Shown here one piece after another: positions 11,044 through 22,145 of a DNA stretch of 53,153 bases (positions are counted from its first letter, which is position 1; every line of letters starts with the position of its first letter). The position numbers and the translations under genes were made by a program. The stretch spans positions 620,001 to 673,153 of the forward strand of contig BCIN01000001.1 of assembly GCA_039545335.1 (NCBI GenBank), given 5' to 3'. The stretch is from Kondoa subrosea. Its lineage: Eukaryota. The notes beneath the pieces were generated by a model. That model ran no database searches. It was not told the origin of the DNA and saw nothing but the letters and a program-made list of their open reading frames with translations.

Positions 11044-12937
11044 ATGGGTCTTACGCAGAAAGAGAGGAATAAGCGTCGCGAAGCAGAAGAAGCGCAGAAT
11101 AGAGCTACCCCAAACCCTAAAGCTCAAACGAAACGTGAAGACTCTAGCTTCTTCTCAGGTGGAAAGAAGCGAGGCTTCGATGGAAAGGGTAAGCGTCGCA
11201 GCAAAGATCTGCAATGAAAGATTGATTATGACTACCAGGCGAAACTGGAGAGAGACAAAAGCAATCTACCAGTGCAAAAGCTGTAACGAATGCACCAAAG
11301 GCTTCAAGCGAAGATGTTCTGGAATTGCTTGAATTGCATCTGGCCGAAGTCTTGCTCGTCGAATCTGTAAGGCTGGACTTCCCATGTATGCATTGTTCTG
11401 ACGTCAATCTAGTGTCCGCAAGCTCTTTATGATCTGCAAAGCGAGATCAAGCAACTCGAAGTGGTCTGGATTGCTCGCAAAGCTGAAATAAAGGTGAAGT
11501 TTGACAAGCTCAATGCATGACATATGGCTGAGAAAGCATGTAGTCCATGGCTGACGTAGAAGCACGCAAGAAGGCTTTAGACAACGAAAGGAACGTCTTT
11601 TATAGAGCGACTTCCAAAATCAAGGTCGAACATGAGGAGCTTAGGAATAAGTTGCTGGTGGAATTACGTGGTCAGAATACTGTTAGTCAATCTTGGGCTA
11701 AGGGCATCGAAAATAAGCTTGAACGGGTTAGTGTCTTTTTGCTCCACTAAGGTACACGGCTGATCTTTGTGCCTTGAAAGCGCTCTCCCAAACCTGGGCG
11801 CTCCTCACTTTCCAACGTCTTGCAAGACTTTTTGGCCTGTGTCAAGAAGGGCAGCTTGAACAATGATCTTCCCTCTCGAATCAAATTCTTTGCGGATAGG
11901 GGCTATAGTGAGAAGGAATTTGCTCGAGCGGGCCGAGGAGATCTCACGGTATGCCCTGTACCGTCATTGTGGACTTTATCCAGCAGACTAATGTTATGTT
12001 CAGCCCATTCGCTTCAAACAGTCCATCTGGGATCAAGTACAGCCTGTCCTGACATCTTCAAGCGGCAAGGCAAAGTTCTTGGACCTCCTACTTCAATACC
12101 CTGCTATCAAGAACCTGGTATCGAGCTCATCAGCCTATTGGGTCTACGATACGGAAGGGCTAGTATTCGAGAACGTTCAACAAACGCTACTGGCTGGATT
12201 AGATACTATGAACTTTGGTCATGTACAGGTAAGTCTGGTCATATGCCGCAGATCCGCTCATGACTTCAATATTTTGTAGCTGGGATGCTGCACGATGTAT
12301 TCAGCCTACAAGGCCATTGGCGCAACTGACGCTTTTTATTTTCATCGTCTTGGAGACTCTCCTGGTGCAGTGATGAGCGCTCGCAACCTTGTTCAGAAAT
12401 TGAAGACTCTCATTGGTACCTAGTAATAATGTTAGGTGTTACAGGCTGAAAGGTTCTGTAGGCAACTCACCCCTCGTACCTTTCGAATGGTCAAAGATCG
12501 ATCCTCGAAGGTTGGAAGCGCTTGTTGCTGAATCTGGAATCCGATGGCAACCAAACAACGTTCGAATCGGATCAATTACTGGTCGCTTCTTTGGCAAAGG
12601 CTACAAAGTCAACCCTGCTCCTTTCATCCGTCTCCCTTCGTGCAGGCTTCACAACATTGAAGCCAACATGTACTCCACTTTGCCGGAAGGTCTGGTTCGA
12701 TTTGCTGGACTTGATAAAAATCAAGAAAAGACGGTAGTAGGACTGCTCGGCAATCGTCTATGGATGAGGAAGAAATGCTTCAACGATGTCGCTGCAACTG
12801 CAAATCTTGTCGAGTTTTGGCGCATGATCCACCGTTTCGTTCTTTCAGGTGATGATTCATTCAATATTATCCACCTGCTTGATTCCGACGACGAAGAAGA
12901 TCTTACTTTCTTGTGGGATGATGATGAGGACTACTAA
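11044..12937 (+). CDS. Orphan multi-exon hypothetical protein B (basic N-terminus, coiled-coil-like segment, C-terminal domain with weak tyrosine-recombinase-like pattern)
   Basis: ATG at 11044 (MGLTQKERNKRREAEE...GGKKRGFDGK). Introns with GTAAGC, GTAAGG, GTTAGT, GTATGC and GTAAGT donors link ORF segments 11547, 11820, 12079 and 12413. Acidic C-terminal tail DSDDEEDLTFLWDDDEDY*. Confidence 0.55.
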
Positions 12938-13203
12938 ATCTTTGTGTTCTGTCATTATGTCGGAGATGCATTGAAATGTCATATCAGAAACTCTGCCACT
13001 GTAACTCGCTCGAACAGAAACGTCTGTCTATAAAGTATATGTGGCTTAGGTGTTGCATGGATTTGGTATGTTGACTGATTGTTCAGAACATGAGACGAAA
13101 CGCGAAGTTCAAAAGTGACCCAATGTAATGAAAGTGCATTGCAAGACTAACGTCCCTACATACTACTACTGTTTAGTCCTCTCGGTAGACTTGATGAACT
13201 TCT

Positions 13204-15083
13204 TCATCTTTGCGGAAGTCTCTTGACTTTACTATCCTTCTTCTGCTTTTCCGCACTTTCGACTGATTGCCCATCTTCATAAGACATGTAATCACAAGAA
13301 TCAACATCATCCGCTTCATCATCATAGCATTTGCCAGAACCTCCTACAACCTTCAATCGCAAAGGAGCTAACTGAGCATTGAGAATAGTTGATCTTCTAG
13401 CTAAAGGTACACCAGATTCCGCAACAGAAGCAGGTTCGACCAAAGCACAAGAAGAAGGGAGAGGTGGAGAGCTTAGATGCTGGTATAGCCGTTGGTTGAC
13501 TGATTTCAGCAGAAGGTGTAGCGGCTTGAAAAGTGATTGAAGGCAATGCTGCTTAAGAACTTGATCTGTCGAGCTGACCAAACCGAAGCGAAGGTCCGAC
13601 GGAAGAAGAAGAAGCTTCAATAGTCTTCTGTAGGTGAATCGAACTTGCTAGTGCTTCATAAGCAGATTGTACCGAAGAAGGTACAGCTGATTCGCTTGGT
13701 AAAGCAGCAGAGAAAGCCGAAGGTACAGTAGAAGCAGGTGCAGAAGAAGGTTGATCTTTGGAACCATTATGATTGAAAGCTGTTGCATATTGCTGAGGAG
13801 ATACATTTGCAGGTTGCGCAACTTGCAGAGTCTGAGCAAGAACTTGAGCTTGTTGCTGCTGCGTTTGAGCTAATTGTTGTCGAGCTAATTGCCTTTGAGC
13901 CTGAGCTGCAGGTTGCTGTTGTTGTTGTTGAACTTGAGCCCAAGCAGCTTGTTGTTGCTGAGCTTGCAATTGCTGGGTTTGCTGCCATTGCTGAGCTGGA
14001 TCAAAGGTATTGTATGTTGTAGACTGCCACGCTGAAGTTGAAGCACCATATGCAACAGCGTCAGCATTGTTGAGTTGATCTCGAACTGGTTGAGCAGTTT
14101 GTTGCAATTGCTGAACTTGTTGAACAGCTTGACCGAGAGCTCCACCAAGTAGGCTTTGCAAAGCAGAACCAGAATAATAGGTTTGGCCATCAGCTAAGAA
14201 AAAGATAAAGCAATAAGTATGCAATTTTAGGCGCGCCGCAAGAAAACGCAGACTCACTGCCAACAATGACTTGAAGCGCTGCCAAAGGATTTCCTCCCTG
14301 ACCATTTCCACCACCTAAAGGTAGACTTCCAGTCAAACCACTAGCTAAATCGCCAGCTGTTCCCAAGACCGAACCCAAAGGCAGAGTATCCTGAACAGAG
14401 CCGAGAGGTAGGTTGTTGAGCAAGCCAGTAGCTTTGATAGAGGTAAACCAGAAGTAAGGCCGCCTAAATTGAGAGCGGAAGCAAGACCGCTAGCGAGAGC
14501 AACCCTGCTCAATAGACCAGTAACTGAATCAACCACTTGCTGAATTGTTGAGATTGGTGCTGAGCGGTAAATTTTGGTATGCGAGAGTGCAAGCGAGGAA
14601 AGAATGAAGGCCATCGACCAGCGGACCAAGATTCAAGCCATCACCAAGAGCTGAATAAAATAATGATTGTAAGCTATAAAGCAAGATGAAACGAAAGAGA
14701 AGGAAGCTCACTTTCGATCAGAGGAACAGCAACTAGAATCGTAGTAGCCGCTTGACCAACTGCTTGAACCACAGGACCAACAACCGTAGACCAGCAACCG
14801 TGTTTGCAGCTGTAGTAAGCAAACCGCCCATTATTGGACCAACAATAGGAAGTGGGTCGATAAAGCTTGGGTCTGAGCGTTCTGCCAAATAAGAAGGTTG
14901 AGACGATTCTAATGAACGTTCTTCCATATCAAATCCAAGGCCATGCATCGTTGAAGCATCTTCGCTACCTTCAAGCACTATAATCGGACAATAAGTAAAC
15001 AGAGAATAGAGCTCAAGTGAAAGTGGACATACTCTGAATAGGAGCACCAGTACTTCTGCGCAAAGCAGAACGATCATCGGCAT
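13204..15083 (-). pseudogene. Decayed gene for a low-complexity Gly/Leu-repeat, Gln-rich and Ser/Ala-rich (probably secreted or surface) protein
   Basis: PLPIVGPIMGGLL/GLPVVGPVV/LPLGSV repeats, a poly-Q tract and an S/A/P-rich stalk. Apparent frameshifts near 14785 (GLR vs GLPVVGPVVQ), 14435 and ~13470, plus an in-frame TAA at 13553-13555 with same-style sequence continuing beyond it. Confidence 0.55.
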
Positions 15084-15671
15084 ATTTCTTTACCTTCTTA
15101 GATGGATTAGGTGAAGTAAAACCAACTGGTGCGGTGATTGAAGGTGAAGCAGGGGCAAGCGAGGATCCATACTGGTAATATGTGAGCAACTTTGAGCTTG
15201 AGCATCAGTCAGACAACAAACCCGAATCTGCTGATTAGACAGCCTATATCTGCAAGACTCATCAGTGGATGCCTTAGACTATAACACTCTGACTCACGAA
15301 TTGGCTGATTGCAGCGCTTAAACGCATAGCATGGTGGTGTAAGAAGAAAGTAAGGGAAAATGTTGTGAGAGGGGGAAAGGGAATGTCGATGCACTAGGCC
15401 ATGCCATGTGCTCTTGAGGGAGAGCCAGAGTATAGGTAACTAGACCTAATTGCTCATGACTTGTCGGAAGAGGTAGGCAGATTTGTAGCATACAGTATCA
15501 TCAATCAAAGATAGTATGCCAACGGAGAGAGCAGTCAGAATTGGGCTTGAAAACCGACTGCTATCAGTCAATTTTGTAACAAAACATAGCCTAGATGTTG
15601 CAAATTGCGCCAAACAATGCTTTCTAGTCTATCGAGTAATTCAGCTCCTCCTTTCTCCGACGCGCAGAAGT

Positions 15672-17038
15672 ATGACCCTACCCACGCTCCCTCCCAGTCT
15701 CCGAGTGATTCAGCAAAGAACCTTGAAGCTCGTGCACGTCGAAACGCAAACCAAGGCGAGGTGAGAAGATGTCTCTGGTCATGTCTTATCAGGTTCTGAT
15801 ATGCTTTTAGGCGCAAGGACAGGCCAACAGAAGCACTATCAAAGATGTTACAACACTTCTGCTCCTCACTCCCAGAGAATACACCAAACCGTCAAATTAT
15901 CAGAGACATTATCAAGCTTGTCGGCCAGAACATCTTCGCTGGGCAAACCTACGAAGATCACTCTTGGGTCAAAGTGACGCCTACCTTGGATCACTTAATG
16001 GAAGATTTGCTGGCAAAGAAGAAGTTTACCGTCTACGACTCCATCGAATCCATCCAAGACTTTAAAGCAACTTCTGCCACAATCGCAGCTTCTTTGATCA
16101 AATCTTCATCCAGCTCTGACTCTGCTCCTTTCAGATCTTACACCGTTGTGGATCTAGCTGCTTCACCAAAAGGACTGAGGGCTTGCTCTCCATCAGTTCC
16201 GGCCGTCTTGCGCCTCGGCGACCGATTGTTTGGTCCCATCACTACTCTTACCTCAGTATTCTCCGGCGAATTTGGCATTAGCAACCTCCACTTCGACGAA
16301 TCGGCCGTGTCGTACACGATTTCTGGCTTACATGGGCGAAAGATCTTTTTCTCCTTCCGTCCATCAGCCAAGAACATTGCTGTATACTACGAGTATCAAG
16401 CAAGGGTACAGGAGCTCATGGAGAGAAACGACAGTAGTCTGGGTCAAGAAGGTCATCACTTACTAATTGACACCCTATCAAGAATGGAAAACGGAGAAGC
16501 TGTTGTGATCGAGTCAGGACAACACATGTTGTTGCCAGCACTCAAGTTCCATCTGGTCATATCTGAAGATACTTCAGCATTATGTGGCTACCCTTGTGTG
16601 GAGATTAGCAAGGCAGCGGTCGAGAAGAATCAGAAGGCGATTAATCTACTGCTGGACGAGCTCGAACGCGACGTGAAAATCGGTAAAGAGAGAGGTATGG
16701 TTCGTTGCAGCAGCATTGGGTGTACTGATTTGTAATGTTCTTCAGAAAACACAGCACACATCAAAAGTGAATTGAAAAGGGTACTTAATAGTTTGGATTT
16801 CAGGTATAAGGTAGTAAAGAAGAACAGCAACGAAGGGAAGAAGCAGCAAAAGCTCTATATGCATGTGCAAGAGCGAGCGCAAAGGTTGCTGTATGAGATC
16901 GATCTCGAAGAAGGAGAACAAGAAGAAGAAGAGGAAGAGGAAGAGACGCCCAAAGTCAAGAAGAGGCAGGCAGTGGTAGCATCGAAGAGCGCGCGCATGA
17001 TCACAAGAAGCGGAAAGCGGTCCAGGCAAACATTGTAA
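15672..17038 (+). CDS. Standalone JmjC-domain (2OG/Fe(II) cupin) protein with acidic tract and basic NLS-like tail
   Basis: SNLHFDES (HxD), GRKIFFSFRP, N...Y and VIESGQHMLLPALKFHLVISEDTSALCG (distal His) reproduce the JmjC core pattern. Introns at ~15761-15810 and ~16695-16745. C-terminal PKVKKRQ...RSGKRSR. Confidence 0.75.
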
Positions 17039-17119
17039 ACTATGATTTCTTTATGCCTGTAGATCAGAAGTCACCATTAGCGAATACCACAATGAGTGAT
17101 GCAAACAGAGATTTACCAT

Positions 17120-19598
17120 ATTCAGACATGCCATGGCCTCCGGAAATGAGCTTCTGTGAATCGTAGACCTGGGTACCAACACCGAGCTGCTTGCAAGTTT
17201 CGACAGCGGCTACAGCGTCACCTTGGCATCTTGACCTTGATTCCCAAAACACCGGCTTCACGGATGGTAGAAGCAGTGTCCCAACGATAAGGATCGAACA
17301 TAGGCAAGAGACCGAGAAGCTTCCATTTGCCATCTTCGTTGAGAGCAACTCCCAAAGATCTGAAGCCTCGCTTGGCGAAAGTCATGGTGCGAGCACGGTA
17401 AGATTCGGCTTCTTCCTTCGGAGGTTAGCAAAGCTTGAGGATAGCGTTTGGTGCACCTTCGACAGCGATGTATTGTTTACCGTTCTTTGTCACTTCAGCA
17501 GTGATACGTTTGAAGACAGGGTCGAAAGGAGTAAACTTTTGAATTGTCCAGCCTTCATGAGTTGGTCTTGAGCTCTTGGGTACTGAGCAAGAGTTTGAAT
17601 GGTGACTTTGTCGATAGGATCAAGATATTTGACAGAGTGACAAGAAGCCAAAGCAGCAACCGCCATCATCCATTCCATCTCAACACCTTCACACATATAT
17701 GGTTCGTCAATAGAAAGCTTGTTTGCTGTGAGTGTTCCTGTCTTGTCTGAGCAAAGAATGTCGACACCGGCCAAAGCTTCAATGGCGGTAAGCTTTTGAA
17801 CAATAGCTTGTCTTTTGGCAAGGTAAGCAGCTCCGACGGCGAGAGTGGTAGTGGTGACGCAAGGAAGACCGACTGGTACACCGACGATCAAGAAGATAAG
17901 AGAGTAGACGAGCAAGTTGTTATCTTTAGGTCTGGTAATGCCAACTGATCTGAAGAAGCCACCGATCCAGACGACGAGGAGCCATACAACGACGAAGACC
18001 AGAAGAGCTGTTCCGATTTGAGTCATGACAATTTGGAAATGACCCTTTCGGTTTTCGCCAGAAACGAGAGCTGCAGTTTTACCAACGAAAGTAGATTTTG
18101 CGGTTTCGGTGACAAACATGTAACATTCACCTCGCTTGCAACCGGTAGTGAAGAAGAGGACATCGCCAACGTGCTTGTCGACAGCGAGAGATTCACCTGA
18201 AGTACGTATTGAGATTAGATCGCAAGAGAGACAAAGGTATGAACTCACCAGTGATACCAGATTGATCAGCTGACACAATTGGTGGCCCTCTCTCAACTCC
18301 TTCTTCATCGTGATCTTCCTTTTCGTTGTCTGCCATGGCGGCCTTTTGGCGAGCGTTTTCAATACCTTGCAAGATGCGACGAGCAGCAGATTCATCCTTG
18401 TCTTCGTAGTCGGCAAGGACTTTGCCATCAGCTGAAATAGTTTGACCGTCCTGATGATGAGACAGAGTTAGAATATGTACAGATAACTTTGAAAACAAAG
18501 ATTCTAACAGAGACGATGACAATGTCACCTGGCACACTTTCTCGTGCTTCCATTTCGTGCTCTTGACCATTTCTGATGACTGTTGCTCTGAGCGCGATAC
18601 CAGACTTGAGTTGTTCTACGATATCTCCAGCAGCCTGTTCTTGATACCATTCGGGGAAGGCGTTCTATGACTCGGCATAAAAGGCTGTACGGCTATGCAG
18701 TGGACGGACAGCGCTTACAAGAAATAGAATACCAATGATCACACCGAAATCTGAGGTGGACAAGAAGAATAAGCAAGAAGATCTTGACATTTCTCTTCTC
18801 AAAGAACTGACCAATCCAATCGTCCAAACCTTCAGCCGGAGCTACTGCGATTTCCATGACGTATAGAATAGGACCCTGCAGAGTTGAGAAACAGGAGGTC
18901 AGAAAAAGGAGCCTTCGAAAGACCAACGAAACATACAGTGAAGGAGGAAAGGAACTTGACAAACATGCTTTCCCTCTTTGATTTGGGCTCGTTCCAGCCT
19001 GCAAGAGCTCTCCTCTTTTTGACTTCTTTCCGAAAGACCCCTTCTCAGGTCCGTATCGAGCCTGTGTATAACGGAATAAGCATGTCACATATTGAACAAA
19101 CAAGATACACTCACCATGATTCCGGAGTCTTGAAAGCAGACGAGGCAGCGACAACATTGCCCTCCTTGTCGATAGTAACTTTGTTTTCTTTCAAGGCATA
19201 TACCAGACTATTTTGTATTCAGTCTTGTCTCCACTTTCTTCTTCTTCTCCACCAGCTGAACTGCGAGCGTTGGCAGAATCTTGAATGTATTGAAGAAGAT
19301 TGGAGTATTCTTGGTTGCCAGCATCGGGAGCAGACTCATGTTGGCCATAATCTCCGTTGTGAGCGGTGCCAGCTCAAGTATCGTCTGATGAAGAATGTGA
19401 GCGATCAGAAGAGGAAGAAGGGACTGGTGCTGCTCTTTCTTGAAATTCAGGTAAACGCAATGCAGCCTGACGAGTGACAACTTGAGGCTGGGCCACTATA
19501 TGTTGAGGCGTTCCATGGATATTCTGGTGAGCAACGTTGCCCTGGGAAACGAATTTGTCACCGACTACGTTGTTGTGAGGTTGATAGCCTTGAGACAT
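17120..19598 (-). pseudogene. Plasma-membrane P-type H+-ATPase (PMA-type) pseudogene, 3'-truncated
   Basis: [83 protein letters not shown] and GDAV...ETCKQLG. In-frame stops at 19374-19376 and 17425-17427, frameshifts near 17553 and ~17224. Homology ends near 17120, with the hinge and TM5-10 absent. Confidence 0.85.
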
Positions 19599-20617
19599 TA
19601 TTTGAGACAAGGTGCGGGGGAGCGAGAAATATTAGTGCCTGTAGGAAATAAAAATCAGGCTGCCGTCGATGGGCAAGGGCAGCAAGGAGACGAACAAAGT
19701 AGGCTGTATTAGTATACTTAGTAGCCCGAGGACCAATTAGCTGTACTTGATGTTTCGCAGTCAAGCGAGAAGAAAAGGAGATACAAGGTTCGAGAGGGAC
19801 GAAAGAGACGTGAGGGCAAGAGCCTCGTGAGACACTTGCAGCTATGTAGAGTGTGCGCTGTCGAGGGCGGCCGAGGGTCTTGCAGGTGAAAGTGAGAAAG
19901 GTGGCGGAAGAGAGCAGTGCGACGAGCTAGTAGCAGCTTTCAGAATTCGCTGGATTTGGGCTTGGCGTTCATTGAGGCAAAGCATTTGGCAAAAAGTGAA
20001 AACTTCTCTAGCTTCGAGCGCTAATTTGGCAGATGCTTTATTGTCCAGAGCAGCAAGATCTCGAAGTTGAGGAGCAGAGCACAGGTCGCTTGCACCTTGC
20101 GACGCTTCACTTCGAATTAGGCCTTTTGGTCGTCGCGCACAAAGAGTTGGAAGAGCGGAATTTCGAGCATATGCACCCAGGTAATAGCATAGTCGCACAG
20201 GCAGCCGAAACTGTTTTCCTGGAGTGACTGTCTCCTGCATGTAGAATAGACGAGGCTTTCTTGCAAGTGAGATCTCCGCCAACGCGAAGCTTTGTCTGGG
20301 CAACGCAGACGAGAGGTTGTCTCACTGAAGCGATCCTGTCTATATACTGCAGAGAGTGCGGGCAGAGTGAGGTGCATAGCTGCGAAATTGTAACACTGCT
20401 AAGAGAATGAGTCCATGTATATCAGGTCTATTGGGCCATGTATACTCCCCTTGACCTGATTCTCCGGCAGGCGTTACAGCCGCTTTACTGCTACGGTACG
20501 AGACAAGCAATCAGGCAGAGAAAGGAACCAGGAACCTGGTACCTCGATTGGGCTGGCAGATTCGCGCACGATATTGATGGACTCTGCTGTAACTAAAGGA
20601 TAGCAACCGAGTCCGAT

Positions 20618-21455
20618 ATGAACGAGTTCCGAAACGCTTTGCTGCCGGCCACATATAACGGAGTAGCCATCGAAGCAGTCTTCTGTCAGGTCATGCACGA
20701 TTCACCTGAAGGAAGCGAAGAGAGAATCTTTACGACAGTGAAGCTGCACCCAAACCCAATTCTTCTTCCTGCAAAGCTAGCAAAGGAAACTGCTAGAGCG
20801 GCGAACAGAGCAGAGTCGGTCGAGGAGTTCAGAGACATCTTAAAGACAAGTCTTGAAACGAAGCGTTTCTGGACCAAAGAGGGACTGGGAGGGACCTTCA
20901 GGAGGGGCCAAGACGAAGAAAACTTTAGATCTTGGATAGACAGGTGAGTCAATATCAACAGATCAATTGTTGTCACTGATCCAGGAGCAGGATCGCTGAG
21001 GCTTGGTTTGGTCTTGTGGGCTCAAAGGGTGGCTTCAAGGTCGTAGATTGTGTGCTAGAAGGGTCTGCATCACCATGTTTCCAGCTGAAAGCTACGAAGG
21101 ACCTCATTGGTGGAAAGATCGTCTCAGACCTCTTGGGAATCACAATTCCGATCACCCAATCAGAACGGACGGCATTCGAGAAATACGGGATAGACTTTAC
21201 GTTCTACGACGATGGTACCAATGCAGGTCTGTAACGCTTGAAAGCCCAATACCGTGGCTTATGCTCTTCGTATCAGACCACATGCTTTGTGGACCCGGTC
21301 GCTTCGCCAATGCCTCGCACAAGCCCAATATTCGTTTCAAGCAGACAGCCGACCCGTACACTGTCGCTTTCGAAACCATTTATAACGAAGACTTAGCAGC
21401 ATTTCATGACAGCGCAGAAGTGAAGAAACAGAAGAATATGATCAGAAAGAATTAA
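20618..21455 (+). CDS. Divergent SET-domain protein resembling Set9/SUV4-20 (H4K20 methyltransferase-like), catalytic C-terminus atypical
   Basis: Three exons (introns ~20943-20983 and ~21227-21275): GFKVVDC...FQLKATKDLIGGKIVSDLLGITIPITQSERTAF...DFTF and MLCGPGRFANASHKPNIRF. These parallel the Set9 pattern A.+.I..G..+..L.G...+T..E...FS...LFLGPARF.NHDC..N. Confidence 0.55.
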
Positions 21456-22145
21456 GTCGTTGGTGCTGGACTATGGTAGTAGGTACAGACTCGAGCATTG
21501 CTGTTGTGACGATTGCTATGCAAAGGAGCACGTTAGGAATCTGAATAGCAGGTCTAAGAGAGGTGCACAGCGCCAAAAACACGAAGTATGCAGAGACAGA
21601 GAGGATAGGGCACGAACAAGCCTATATTATATGGCTTAGTCTGATAGAGTACCCTGATTTAACATCGTCATCTGGTATAGATATAGATATTCACGAATTT
21701 GAATCAATTCAATATCGAGATTAGATACATTGCCTGAGTATAGCGCATTGTGGAATCGAGACATATGATCGCATCTCATCTCAGCAATTTAAGACATCTT
21801 TGACAGCTTGCCCGTGTTGCCGGTGACGAGGTAGAGGAAAGAAAGGCGATCAAAGGTCTTGGTGCGGTGAAGAGCAATGTCTGCGATCGTATGATTGCCT
21901 TGCTTGACCGCTTGCTGATCGAGACGACATCAGCGTCCTTCTCGATCAATGACTTTGACGGTCTTAAGAGCGACATCGAGGTTACCAAATGCAATTGCTA
22001 TGTCGAAACGAGTAGTTTTGTGTCGAACAGAGTGAAGAGCCATCTATGAAAATCGGTGAACTATGATCTTTTATGTCAGCGAACAGCTAACTTAGGGAAA
22101 CCCTTTCTTCTGCAAATAAAGATTAATGCTTTGAATCGAGCAGAG

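Noticed and set aside
13204..19598. RIP-type mutation as the cause of pseudogenisation
   Set aside because: The lesions seen are largely indels and the region is not visibly AT-shifted. It cannot be assessed without the parent copies.
18884..20377. Long ORFs 18884-19477 (+) and 19842-20303 (-)
   Set aside because: The first is antisense to the PMA pseudogene and the second lies in its upstream region. Neither has protein-family features.
21776..22049. Short ORFs and a 10-bp match (tctttgacag) to the 9021 region as a possible terminal inverted repeat
   Set aside because: The match is too short, and the 9021 copy is explained as a splice acceptor.
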